DNA from: Leucoraja erinacea
Taxonomy: Eukaryota
Length of the DNA: 64,000 nucleotides
Assembly: GCF_028641065.1 (NCBI RefSeq)
Contig: NC_073378.1
Coordinates: 138,632,001 to 138,696,000, forward strand
Direction: 5' to 3'
The notes beneath the pieces were generated by a model. It was not told the origin of the DNA and ran no database searches. It was given only the letters and a program-made list of their open reading frames with translations. Both the position numbers and the translations under genes were made by a program. Shown piece after piece: positions 38,560 to 51,938 of this stretch (positions are counted from its first letter, which is position 1; the number at the start of each line of letters is the position of its first letter).

Positions 38560-39370
38560 ATCTGTGCGCTCTGATGCTAAACTCTCACACTACTGGAGAC
38601 ATGCTTCCTACATTTACACTATCCAGACCTTCCACTGCACGATGTTTCAATGATATACCCAATGATCCATTACTACTCCAGCGAATACACGGTACGGACA
38701 AGTCAACAGATCTCCATATGTTATATCAATCATCCCTGGTAATCTGTTAATCCTCCGCTGGACCCTCTACAATGCCAGCACATCCGTCCTCGGATATGGG
38801 GACCAAAACAGTTCACAGTATTCCAAATGCGCTCTGCCCAGTGCCTTATAAAGCCTCTGTATTTGACCCCTGCTTTTAAATTATAGCTCTCTGGATATAA
38901 ATGCTAACATTGAATTTGCATTCCTGAACACCGGTTCAAATTGCAAATTAACCTTTTGGGAATCCAGCACCAGCAACCCCAAGTCCATTTGTACCTCCGA
39001 TTTCTGAATCTCTCCTACATTGAAAAACACTGCACTTTTATTTATTTTTCCAATTTGCACTCACTTTGTTATGCTGTCTTCCATCTGCGACTTATTTGCC
39101 TCTCTCCCAACTCGCCCAGGCCATTCTACAGATTCGCTGCTTCCACTGCATGACCTGGCCTCCAGTTATCTTTGTATTATCCGCAACATTAAGTTGGGAT
39201 AATGCTTAATATCCTAACATAAGCATTAATTCCATCATTCACATCATTGATATACCATGTGCAAAGTGCCGGACCTAACACAACACCTTGTGAACAACGC
39301 CACTCACTGGCAACCAACCAGAAAAATAAACATGATTCCGTCGCTTTGCCTTCCATACAGCCAACCTGAT
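38560..39370 (-). mobile_element. Old CR1 RT fragment
   Basis: SQGVVLGPALCTWYINDVNDGI remnant on the minus strand. Confidence 0.6.
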
Positions 39371-39721
39371 ATCCATGCTGGTCATCCCTTGAGTTGTAGT
39401 GCAATCTGGATATTTTAACCCGCCTCAGCGCGGTTCTCAGATCACTGTTCTCTCGTTCAATTCCTATAATGCTATAACACCATTTTATACAATCTATTGT
39501 TTTATTTCTAATTTACCTGTTGTTCGTGTGTACGGCTCATTGCACTAACATTATGTACAATACAAATAAGTGTTTACACTACATCTCGCTTCAGTTGACC
39601 ACACTAAATCAGAACGAATGTCAATCAAATATACTGATGACCCAACTACTGATAGCAGGACAACATCCATTGGTATTAGATCTCCCCCTTTCGGCTCAGT
39701 GAGGTGTTTTCCACCAAACAG

Positions 39722-40001
39722 AAAACGTGGCGCTCGGAATGAGTGCGACCCAGTCCAGCATAGATGAGGGGGCAGTTGCTGAACGAGCCAATGACGGGAC
39801 CATCGACACCGACTTCACGCATGGTTCATGCGCGCGCACCATTAAATCGAAGAACCCTTGGTGGAGAGTCGATCTAAAGGAAAGCTACAGCGTGTCAGAT
39901 GTAAGAATCACCAACAGAGCAGACTGCTGCTCGGACCAGCTCCTAGGAGCCGAGATCCACATCGGGGACTCGCTGGAGAACGATGGCAATTCCAACACAC
40001 G
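39722..40001 (+). CDS. FTLD 11 exon A
   Basis: aacag|AA AAC GTG...ACA CG|gtaaat, 280 nt. Confidence 0.86.
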
Positions 40002-40179
40002 GTAAATATACATACGCGATCGCCGATTCTATTCACCTGCGGTGACTTATTTTGCAAATGCCACTGTTACTGGAGCAATGGTCACATGCGTGGGTGAAAG
40101 AGAGAGATGCTGCGGGGTACGTATTACTTCACTGCAGATACAATTAAGTTTTTGCTCCACCGCTCAAGATGCGTAACAC

Positions 40180-43100
40180 AACATAGAAACATAAAATCAT
40201 AGAAAATGGGTGCCTGCACCGCTATTCAATATGATCATGGCTGATCATCCAACTCAGTATCCTGTACCTGCCTTCTCTCCAAACCCCCTGATCCCATTAG
40301 CCACAAGTGCCACATCTACCTACCTCTTAAATATAGCCAATGGACTTGCCTCAACTACCTTCTGTGGCAGAGAGTTCCAGAGATTCACCACTCTCTGTGT
40401 GAAAATGTTTCTCACATCTTAGTCCTAAAGGATTTCCCCTTAATCCTTAAACTGTGAGCCCTTGTCATGGATTTCCCCAACATTGGGAACAATCTTCCTG
40501 CATCTAGTCGGTCCAAACCTTTAAGAATTTTGTAAGTTTCTATAAGATCCCCCCTCAATCTTCTAAATTCTAGCGAGTACAAGCTGAGTGTATCCAATCT
40601 TTCTTCATATGAAAGCGCTGACATCCCAGGAATCAGTCTGGTGAAAGTTCTCTGTACTCCCTGTATGTCAAGAATGTCTTTACTCAGATTTGGAGACCAA
40701 CAATGTACGCAATACTCCAGGTGTGGTCTCACCAATACCCTTTACAACTGCAGTAGAACCTCCCTGCTCCTGTACACCAATCCTTTTGCTTTGAATGCTA
40801 ACATGCCATTCGCTTTATTCACTGCCCGGTGCACCTATATGCCTACTTTCATATAACCATATAACCATATAACAATTACAGCACGAAAACAGGCCATCTC
40901 GGCCCTACAAGTCCGTGCCGAACAACTTTTTTCCCTTAGTCCCACCTGCCTGCACTCATACCATAACCCTCCATTCACTTCTCATCCATATGCCTATCCA
41001 ATTATTTTTAATTGATACCAACGAACCTGCCGCCACCACTTCCACTGGAAGCTCATTCCACACCGCTACCATTCCTGGAGTAAAGGAGTTCCCCATCATG
41101 TTACCCCTAAACGGCTGTCCCTTCATTCTGAAGTCATGTCCTCTTGTTTGAATCTTCCCTATTCTCAAAGGGAAAAGCTTGTCCACATCAACTCTGTCTA
41201 TCCCTCTCAGCATTTTAAAGACCTCCATCAAGTCCCCCCTTAACCTTCTGCGCTCCAGAGAATAAAGACCTAACTTATTCAAGCTATCTCTGTAACTTAG
41301 TTGTTGAAACCCAGGCAACATTCTAGTAAATCTCCTCTGTACTCTCTCTCTATTTTGTAGACATCCTTCCTATAATTGAGCGACAAAAATTGTACACCAT
41401 ACTCCAGATTTGGTCTCACCAATGCCTTGTACAATTTTAACATTACATCCCAGCTTCTATACTCAATGCTCTGATTTATAAAGGCTAGCATACCAAAAGC
41501 TTTCTTTACCAACCTATCTACATGAGATTCCACTTTCAAGGAACTATGCACGGTTATTCCCAGATCCCTCTGTTCAACTGTATTCTTCAATTCCCTTCCA
41601 TTTACCATGTACGTCCCATTTTGATTTGTCCTGCCAAGGTGTAGCACCTCACATTTATCAGCATTAAACTCCATGTGCTATCTTTCAGCCCATTTTTCCA
41701 AATGGCCTAAATCACTCTGTAGACTTTGGAAATCCTCTTCATTATCCACAACACCCCCTATCTTGGTAACATCTGCATACTTACTCATCCAATTTACCAC
41801 CCCTTCATCCAGATCATTGATGTACATGACAAACAACAAAGGACCCAACACAGATCCTCTATTCACCTGCCTCCAACCCGACAAACAGCCATCCACCATT
41901 ACCCTCTGGCATCTCCCATTCAGCCACTGTTGAATCCATCTTGCTATTCCGGCATTTATACCCAACACTGTAATGTGACTGGTGTACCATGACACCCAGG
42001 TCTCGTTGCATCTCCCCTTTTCCTAATCTCCCACAATTTAGATAATAGTCTACTTTCCTGTTGTTGCCACCAAAATGGATAACCTCACATTTATCCACAT
42101 TATACTGCATCTGCCATGCATATGCCCACTCACCCAGCCTAACCAAGTCACCTTGCAGCCACCTAGCATCCTCCTCACAACTAACACTGCCCCCTAGCTT
42201 CGTGTCATCCGCAAACCTGGAGATGTTGCATTCAATTCTCTCGTCCAAATCATTAATATATATTATAAATAGATGGCATCCCAGCACCGAGCCTTTAGGT
42301 ACCACACTATTCACTGCCTGCCATTCTGAAAAAAGACCCGTTTACTCCTGCTCTTTGCTTCCTGTTTGCCAGCCAGTTCTCTATCCACATCAATACTGAA
42401 CCCCCAATAACAAGTACTTTATGTTTGTATACTAATCTCTTATGTGGGACCTTGTCAAAAGCCTTCTGAAAGTCCAGATATAACACATCCACTGGTTCTC
42501 CCTTATCCACTCTACTAGTTACATCCTCGAAAAATTATATAAGATTCTTCAGACATGATTTACTTTTCGTAAATCCATGCTGACTTTGACCAGTGATTTC
42601 ACCACTTTCCAAATGTGCTGCTATTCCATTATTAACAACTGACTCTAGCAGTTTCCCCACTGCCGATGTTAGACTAACATGTCTGTAATTCCCCGTTTTC
42701 TCTCCTCCTCCCTTTTTAAAAAGTAGAGTTGCATTAACTACCCTCCAATCCTCAGGAACCACTCCAGAATCTACCAAGTTTTGAAAAAATATCACTAATG
42801 CATCCACTATTTCTGGGGCTACTTTCTTTAGTACTCTGGGATGCAGTCGAACTGGCCCTATGTATTTATCGGCCTTTAATCCATTCAATTTACCTAACAC
42901 CAATTCCCGGCTAATCTGGATTTCACTCAGTTGCTCCATCTCATTTCCGGCAGATTATTTATGTCTTCCGTAGTGAAGACAGAACCAAAGTTTTTATTCT
43001 ATTGGTCTGCAATGTCCTTGTTCCCCATGATCAATTCACCTGTTTCTGACTGCAAGGGACCTACATATGTTTTAACTAATCTATTTATCTTCATATATCT

Positions 43101-43720
43101 ATAAGCTTTTGCAGTCAGTTTTTATGTTCACTGCCAGGTTTCTTTCATAATCTACTTTCCCTTTCCTAATTAAGCCCTTTATCCTCCTCTGCTGGACTCT
43201 GAATTTATTCCAGTCCTCTACTCGGCTGCTTTTTGTGGCTAATTTATACGCTTCATCTTTTGTTTTGATATTATCCATGATTTCCCTTGTTATCCACGAA
43301 TGCACTACCTTCCCTGATTTATTATTTTGCCAAACTGGGATGAACAATTGTTGTAGTTCATCCAAGCAGTCTTTAAATGCCTTCCATTGCATATCCACCG
43401 TCAACCCTTTAAGAATCACTTGCCAGTCAATCTTGGCCAATTCACGTCTCATACCCTCAATGTTACCTTTCTTTAAGTTCAAAACCCTTGTTTCTGAATT
43501 ATCAATGTCACTCTCCATCCTAATGAGGAACTCAACCATATTATGGTCACTCTTGCCCAAGGGGCCACGCACAACAAGACTTCTAACTAATCCTTCCTCA
43601 TTACTCAATTCACAGTCTAGAATAGCCTGCTCTCTCGTTGGTTCCTCGACATGTTGGTTTAGAAGTTTACCCTGCATACATTCCAAGACATCCTCTTCCT
43701 CAGCACCCCTGCCAATTTGA
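40180..43720 (-). mobile_element. 5'-truncated decayed CR1 of the same family as the 17-22 kb element
   Basis: ORF fragments [43 protein letters not shown] closely parallel ORF2 at 17-20 kb; catagaaac tail at 40180. Confidence 0.9.
40852..41974 (-). mobile_element. Different CR1 family 3' fragment nested inside the 40-44 kb element
   Basis: Host sequence cctactttca|gtgactggtgtacc is split; insert has a distinct ataaccatataaccat tail and MEFNADKCEVLHLGRTN, SKYADVTKIGG. Confidence 0.85.
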
Positions 43721-44335
43721 CGTTACAGATCCGTTGTCCTCTTATCCAAATGCACGAGTTGCTGCGATAGGGTCAATAAAAGGAGATCAATAAATCTGTA
43801 ATTGATTTCAAGTAATGTAATATTAAACAATCGGATTGCAGGGGCATTGTTCAAGTAACCAATGCCTATGAGTGAGAGATCATGCGGTCTCTATCCAGTC
43901 AATGATCCCTATTTATCGGAAGGAACGGCAGATGCTGGTTTAAACCGAAGAAACCGAACACAAAAATCTGGAGTAACTCTGCGGGACAGACACCATTGCT
44001 GGAGAAAATAAATATGTGACGTTTCGTGTCAAGACCTTTCTTCAGATTGTACTGAGTCTGAAAATGGGACTCGATACGAAACGTCGCATATTATTTTTCG
44101 CCATAGATTTTGTCAGAGCCGCAAGGCAACCTATGTATCCGAATCGTCTTCTGCTCCGAGCCATTTTTTCGGAACACGAGCAAGTGGATACGTTGCCGGA
44201 GTTTACGTGGGAGCCCCACATTTTCCCGGGATCTGTCACCAGGTCACCCGCACTGGGCAGGAATAAATTTTAGCACGATTCCTTGCCGTATTATTGGCAG
44301 AGTTACGTCTCACCCTTAAATCCTCATAATTTCAG

Positions 44336-44446
44336 CTGTGGAATCTTTGACTCAGTTTCGGGGACTTCAATTGGGGTGGATCTATCGGTCGCTATGTGAA
44401 CGTCATCATCACAGGAAAATGTTTTTACCCTGTGCGAGATTGAGAA
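44336..44446 (+). pseudogene. Decayed exon B (pseudo-exon), frameshifted and truncated by a CR1 fragment
   Basis: tttcag|CTGTGGAATC..ATCGGTCGCTATGTGAACGTCATCATC..ACCCTGTGCGAGATTGAG with internal deletions and a premature TGA; no donor. Confidence 0.82.
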
Positions 44447-47280
44447 TGCCACAAATTCACAACTCTCTGGGTGAATAAGTGTTTCCTCATCTCAGTTCTT
44501 AATGGTCCACACCTCATTCTTATACTGCGGTCCCTGGTTCTGGACTCCCCAACATCGAAAATATGCTTCCTGCATCTAGCGTGACCAATCCCTTAAAAAT
44601 GTAATATGTTTCTATGAGACCCCCTCTTGACCTTCTAAATTCATGTGAGTACAAGCCCAGTCGCTCCATTCTTTCAGCATATGACTGTCCCGCTATTCCT
44701 GGAATTAAACTTGTAAATCTACGCTGCACTCCCTCAATAGCAAGAATGTCCTTCCTCAAAGTAAGAGACAAAAACTGCAAATAATACTCAGATGTGGTCT
44801 CTCCAGTGGCCTGTACAACTGCAGGAGGACAGCTTTGCTCCTGTACTCAACTCCTCTCTTTATGAAGGCAAACATGCCATGAAATTTCTTCACTGCCTGT
44901 TGTACCTCCTTTCTTACTTTCAGTGACTGATGTACAAGGAAACCCTGGTCTCGTTGTACTTTCCATTTTCCCAACTGGACACCATTCAGACAATAACCTC
45001 CTTCCATTTCTATCCACCAAAGTGGATAACTTCACATGTATCCACATCATACTGCACCTGCCATGCATCTGCCCACTCACCCAACCTGTCCAAATCACCC
45101 TGCATCCTCCCAGCATCCTCCACGCAGCTCACACTGGCACCCAGTTTGTGTCATCTGCAAATTTGCTAATGTTACTTTAAATTCCTTCATACTAATGATT
45201 AATATATATTGTAAAAAGCTGTTGTCCCAGCACCGAGCCTTGCGGTACACCACTAGTCACTGCCTGGCATTCTGAAAGGGACCTGTTAATCCCTACTCTT
45301 TGTTACCTGTCTGCCAACTAATTTTCTATCCGTCAATACTCTACCCCTAATACCATATGCTCTAATTGTTCCCATTAATCTCCTGTGTTTGACCTTACAA
45401 AGGCTTTGTGAAAGTCCAGATACACTACTACACTGGCTCTCCCTTGTCAATTTTACTTGTTACATACTCAGAAAATTCCAGCGGATTTGACAAACATAAT
45501 TTCCCCTACGTAAATTCATGTTGACTTGGACCGATCTTATTACTGCTGTCCAATCATGCCGCTATTTCATCTTTGCTAATCCACTCCACCGTTTTCCCCA
45601 CCACAGATGTCAGCCTAACTAGTCTATAATTCCCTGCGTTCTCACTTCCACTTTCCCACAACAGTTGGATAACTTCAGCTACCTTCTAATCCACAGGAAC
45701 TGATCCTGAATAATTGGAACATTGAAAAATAATTACCAATGCTGATCCACGATTTCGAGATCCAAATCCTTGAATACCTGTGATGCAGCCAATCAGGCCC
45801 TGGGGATTTATGAGCTTTCAGTCCCTTCAGTCTACCCAACACAATTTCCTAACTAATATGAATTTATTTCAGTTCCTTCATCTGTTCCCAAGTACACCTG
45901 GGAGATTGTCTGTGTCTTCCTTCGTAAATACAGAACCAAAGTACCTGTTCAACTAGTTTGCCATTTCCTTGTTCCTTGTTCACCCGTGTCTGTTTTCAAG
46001 GGACTCACATTATTCTTAACAATTTTTATCCTCTTCACTTACCAAAATAATCTTATACTATCCTCCTTTATATTCTTGGCTAGCTTGCCTTCGTACGTTA
46101 TATTTTCTCCCTGTATTGCCTTTTTAGTTACATTCTGTTCTTCTTTAAACGTTTCCCAATCCTCTGGCTCCCGCTCATCTTTGCCATGTTATACGTCTTC
46201 TCTTTAATTTTTATATTGTCACTGACTACCCTTGTGAGCCACGGTCGTCTCTTACTCCCCTTGGAATCTTTCTTCCTCTTTGGAATGTAATGATCCTGCA
46301 TTTTCTCAATTATTCCCAGAAATACCTGCCATTGTTGTTCCACCGTCATCCCTACTAGGGTTATTTTACATAAGTGGGCCAGTTCCTCCCGCATGGCTCC
46401 ATAGTCCCATGTGTTCAAATGCAATACCGACACTTCCGATTTTAACTTCTCTCTATCAAATTGCAGATTAAAACGTACCATATTTTGATCACATCCTCCA
46501 GTCACAACCTCCCAATGGTTCCTATACCTTGAGATCCCGACCCAAATCCGGTGCATTACATAAAACTACATCCAAAATTGCTTGCTCGCTGGTTGGCTGC
46601 TCCAAGAATCCATCTCGATGGCACTCCACAAACTCCCTTTCTTGGGGGCCAGTACCAGCCTGATTTACCTAGTCGACCTGCATGTTGAAATCTCCCATAA
46701 CCACCGTTGTATTACATTTGCGACATGATCATTGTTACTCCAGGTGCAACTTGCACCCTATCTCCAGGTTACTGTTTGGGGGTCTGTACATAACTCCCAT
46801 TAGGGTATTTTCACACTTACAATTCCTCAGATCTATCCTCAATGACCCTACATCTTCTGATTCTGTCACCCCTCGCAAGGGACTGGATTTCATTCCTGGC
46901 CCACGGAGCCACCCCACGCCCTATGCACACCTGTCTGTCTTTTCGATATAACGTATACCCCTGAATATTCAGTTCCCAGCTCTGATCTACTTGCAGCCAT
47001 GACTGTAATTCCCACAACATCATATTCACCAATTTCTAGCTGAGCCTCAATTTCATCCACTTTATTTCTTGTACTTCGTGCATTCATATATAACACTTTT
47101 AATTCGGTATTCACGTCTCCTCTCCCACCGGACACTTTTTCACCTAACCTCGCACTCTTATCCCTTCTTGAACTTTCCGTCCCATTAATTGGAGAGCCTT
47201 TCGTAACTTTTCCTGGATTCTCTTCTCCTTTGACCCCATCCTCATTCTTCCATTTGCAACCCCTCTTCCCCGCTATTTAG
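44447..47280 (-). mobile_element. Decayed CR1 ORF2 (EN-RT)
   Basis: [42 protein letters not shown] remnants with many stops. Confidence 0.85.
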
Positions 47281-47740
47281 TTTAGTGTAATCAGTCTGAA
47301 GAAGAGGCTCGACTCGAAACGTCACATATTCCTTTTCTCCAGAGATACTGTCTGATCAGCTTCTTTGTATCGAGCCCACACACAAGATTAGAAATTGTTC
47401 AACCAGAGCTCAACCCATTTATCGGCATCTACATACAACGAGCTTGTGTTTCTTGTGCTTCTTGTGCGTGGTGGTGGAAACATCGGTGAAAACAGGGCCG
47501 TGACTTGAACGCTCTTTCCTTCACCATGTCTGCCCAGCAAGACTACCCGTGTATCAGGAAGCTCGATTCATTTGGCGTGTTCATAGCCATCTGTTAGGAA
47601 CACGCCAAATGAATAAGATGCCGGCTATTGCCCTGTTAACCCACTTATCCACGCAACGTGTCGCCAGTACAGGCCTGTGATCACATTTTACGCATGAGGG
47701 AGACAGTGGAATCTCACGTTTAAATCCTCATCTTTTTCAG

Positions 47741-47901
47741 CTGTGGAATCGTGGATTCAGTTGCTGGGACGACGTTGACCTTCAATTGCGGTGGAATTGT
47801 CGGTCAATATGTGAACATCGTCATCCCAGGCCCGGATAAAATTTTAACCCTGTGCGAGGTTGAGATATTTGGCTCAGAACTCCCGCACTTCCATGGAAAA
47901 G
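47741..47901 (+). CDS. FTLD 11 exon B (short)
   Basis: tttttcag|C TGT GGA...GGA AAA G|gtaggc, 161 nt. Confidence 0.86.
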
Positions 47902-48676
47902 GTAGGCTGAAGTTCCCACTGGGGCTCTGCCCCATAGCTTAGTTGAGCAATTCTCCTGATTATGAAGTCTGTGTATAACTATCTTACTGAAACCCCGTAC
48001 CGTCTCTGACAACGATCTGCTATTTGCCGTTGTTGGTTTAATCGCCAGTCGGGGACCATCGCCCTGTCCGAACCTGAGCCCGTCCTTTAATGAAAACTGA
48101 GAGACAGTCGTTGCACACGACGTCATTTATTTCGTCCGCAAACCTTTTGCTGATAAACACGAGCCAGCAACAAAAAAAAGGCCTATTGAAACACGCTTGG
48201 AGCGTATCTCCCCGTTACCAGACTACAGCACAACCCCCCCTTGAATTGCAGTGCAATCGTGATATTTTAACCTGCCTTAGCGCGGCACTGGAACTTATTT
48301 TCTATAGGTTTCTTGATATAATACTATAACACCATGGGATGCAATTTACTGTTTCAATTCTACTTTACATGTTGCTCTTGCGTGCGGCTCCATTGCACTG
48401 ATATACATTTCGATTTGATTTTCTAACACTAAGAGATTTTGATGCATCTCGCTTCACTTCACCACAGGAAAGGAATAGTATTAAATAGAAACGTAGAGTA
48501 GGCCATTCCGCCAATCGAGCCAGCGCCGCCATTCAATACGATCACGGCTGATCATCCAAAATGAGTGCCCCGTTTCTGTTTTCGCCCCATATCCCTTCAA
48601 TCCGTTATCCCAGAGATTTATATGTAACTCTCTCTTAAATACATCTTGCCTTTCGGGGACGTTTCCATCCCCACAG

Positions 48677-48956
48677 AAAATCTGGCGTTCGGAGCCAGTC
48701 CGATCCAATCCAGCACGGATGAAGGGGCAGTTGCTGAGCGAGCCAATGACGGTAACAGCGACAGCGACTTCAGGCATGGTTCATGCTCGCGCACCAGAAA
48801 ATCGAAGAACCCTTGGTGGAGAGTCGATCTAAATGAAACCCACCTCATATCAGATATAAGAATCACCAACAGAGCAGACTGCTGCTCGGACCAACTCCAA
48901 GGGGCCGAGATTCGCATCGGGGACTCGCTAGAGCACGATGGCAATTTCAACAGACT
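48677..48956 (+). CDS. FTLD 12 exon A
   Basis: cacag|AA AAT CTG...AGA CT|gtaagt, 280 nt. Confidence 0.88.
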
Positions 48957-49738
48957 GTAAGTATTCATAAGCAACCGCCTAATCTATCCATCTTCGGTGC
49001 CTTCTACGAATTATACTGTTACTGGAACAATAATAACATGAGTGGATAAAAAAGAGAGATGCAGCAGGTTATGAATGGTTTCGCTGCGGGTTAAATACAA
49101 AATGTCTTCCTCTACTCCGGGTGCGTGAGACAATGATACAGAGCCGTAGTCCACTAATCCAATGGCACGAGGTGCTGCCGTATCGCTTTAGCGACGCGGG
49201 TTCATAAAAGGAGGTGCATAAATCTGTAATTGAAGTCAATTCAAGTTAAGTAATACTGAACCACCAGATTGCAGTGACAATGTTCAGGTAACCAATGCCA
49301 ATGAATGTGGCTCATGTAGGCTCGATCCACTCAGCGCTATCTGTGTGTCCGAACGAACTGCAGATGCAGATTTAAACCGAAGATATACACAAAAACTGGA
49401 GTAACGGCGGGTTGGACAGGAGCTATGGAGAAAATGAATAGCTGACGTTTCGGGTCGAGTCCAGTCTGAAGAAGGGTCTCAACCCGAAACACCACCTATT
49501 CCTTTTCGCCAGAAATGTTGCCTGACCCGCAAGGCCTCCTGTGTATCCGGAACCTTTCCGGTTCCTAGCCATCCGTTCGGAACACGAGCAAGTGGATACG
49601 ATTTCAGCTATTGCCGCGAGAGCCCCGCATATCCGCGGAACGTGTCAGTACACCAGCACAGGCCAATGATAACATTTGAAACGCTTCATCATATGCGCGA
49701 TCGAGACAGTGGAGCCTTAAATCCCTCATATGTTTTAG

Positions 49739-49899
49739 CTGTGGAATCGTTGATTCGGTTTCTTGGAAGACATTGACCTTCTATTGCGGTGGAATTGTCG
49801 GTCGATATGTGAACGTCATCATCCCAGGCCCGGATAAAACGTTAACCCTGTGCGAGGTGGAGATATTTGGTTCAGAACTCCCGTACTTACATGGAAAAG
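49739..49899 (+). CDS. FTLD 12 exon B (short)
   Basis: ttttag|C TGT GGA...AAA G|gtaggc, 161 nt. Confidence 0.87.
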
Positions 49900-50273
49900 G
49901 TAGGCTGAACGTCCCGAAGAGGCTCTGGTTTAACACAGCCGTACAACTTAGTGGAGCGATTCTCCCGCTGATAACGTCTGAGGATAACTTCCTTATTGAA
50001 GCCCAGTACCATCTCTCCCAAAGCTCTGCTCTTTCCTATTCGTAGTTTAGTCACCGATATTGGACCCTCGTTGTGTCCGAACATGAGCCACAGTGCGTGT
50101 TCATGAAATCCCTGAGACACTCTGTGCACACGCTCTCATCCATTTCGTCAGGAGACCTTATGCTTATAAACACCAGCTACACACCAAACAATTACACACT
50201 TAATGAAGAGTATCACCTTGCTATCATAGACTTAACCTAAGTAGTTGTAAATCCCAATATTTTATCCCCTCAG

Positions 50274-51348
50274 TAGGTATGTTGCAAAGCCTACCTGAAA
50301 CGTCGCTGAAAATCTGGCGCTGCGGATGTGCGCGATTTTAGCGACGTTTTAAGGGGGCGGGTTTAAAACGCGATTTTCACTAGGCTGTTCCAATCGAAGA
50401 TGTTCAGCCTAGTAAATCATTAACGAAAAATCGCTGAAAGACCCCGTCGCAAAAGGTATAATTAGTTTTTATGGCCTTGTATAATAGTTATAATAGTTTA
50501 AACATCACTCTCTAAACCCGCGACCTCACGCAACCACAGGGCCGCATGGAGCTGTATACAGAAGGTATATAGCTTATTTTTACATTAAAAGGGGCTTCTT
50601 AAGAACCTTTTATACAAAGTTTACTATTGCGAGTAGCTAATTTTGGGCTCTTTATATCCCGCAGTATTTTTCTGGGCATTTGGGGGTACAAATCTAGCGC
50701 AATGTGAACGTTCTAAACCAGCGCGTTCACAGGATCCCACTAGAAAGCTGATTTAAATGGACTTTAATTTACAGCAATTGAACACTAAATTCCTTCCATT
50801 TGGCCTATAAATTAATGCAAATGAGATTGAAAAATCATGTTTTATTGTGAATTATTCATGAATATTATTTGGACACTTGGGCTATTTAAAAATGTTAATC
50901 ATTTATTAAGGAATGGATATATGTTTAGATCTAGTAATTGAAGTTTGAAATTAGCTACACTTGGGTAACTAACTAATTATATGTTTTAATTTCAGGCCAT
51001 CCAAGTAAGATTATTTTATATTTGTTTCAGAATGGTTCAGAATGGATGAAAACTTAGCAACAGTAATGCCAATGAACATACGATAACTGAAAATTTCATT
51101 CAGTTCTCTTAATTTTTAAGAAGGTTATGGCCTTTTGACAGCACACCATCACAGCTTTTTTGTTATGTCCATAGAAAATTAATAGGGAACAAGATGCTAA
51201 TTTCCGAGTATGAAAATGGCCATAACTTTTTAAATACTTGAGATATGAAAGTGAATTAGGTGTCAAATTAAACTTCTTTTCATGCTTTATCTGACGGGAT
51301 AAATTACAGTCTTGATTTTTTAAATCTCAAAATGTTGTAACATTGCTA
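50274..51348. mobile_element. Non-autonomous DNA transposon (hAT-like), about 1,075 bp
   Basis: Termini TAGGTATGTTGCAA ... TTGTAACATTGCTA (imperfect 14-bp TIR); ccctcag duplicated at 50267-50273 and 51349-51355; AT-rich, no ORF, absent from homologous introns. Confidence 0.78.
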
Positions 51349-51658
51349 CCCTCAGTGCGGTGTTTGGTCTTATTTTCTGTAATCGTAAATCCATAACACT
51401 ACAACAACATACCACGAAATCTATTGATTTGTCTGCTTTACCCGTTGCTCTGCTGTGCGGAATCATTGCACTGATGTACAGTATGACTAGATTTGATAGT
51501 AGAGACGACAGACTTCACTGCATCTCACTTTACTTTGCCATATAAAGCAACACGAACATTAATGAAATACACTGCTGATACAAACCTTGATAGAAGGCCT
51601 ACATCCATCGTTAATAAACCTCCCCCTTGCGCGTCAGTAAAGCTTTCCCACCCAACAG

Positions 51659-51938
51659 AAAACGTGGCGTTGGGAGCAAGTCCGACCCAGTCGAGTACGG
51701 ATGAAGGGGCAGCTGCGGAGGGAGCCAATGACGGTAACAGCGACAACGACTTCAGGCATGGCTCATGCTCGCGCACCAGGAAATCGAAGAACCCCTGGTG
51801 GAGAGTTGATCTAACAGAAAGCTTCAACGTGTCAGACGTCATAATCACCAACAGAGCAGACTGCTGCTCCGACCAGCTCCAAGGAGCCGAGATCCGCATC
51901 GGGGACTCGCTGGAGAATGAGGGCAATTCCAACAAACT
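51659..51938 (+). CDS. FTLD 13 exon A
   Basis: aacag|AA AAC GTG...AAA CT|gtaaga, 280 nt. Confidence 0.88.
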
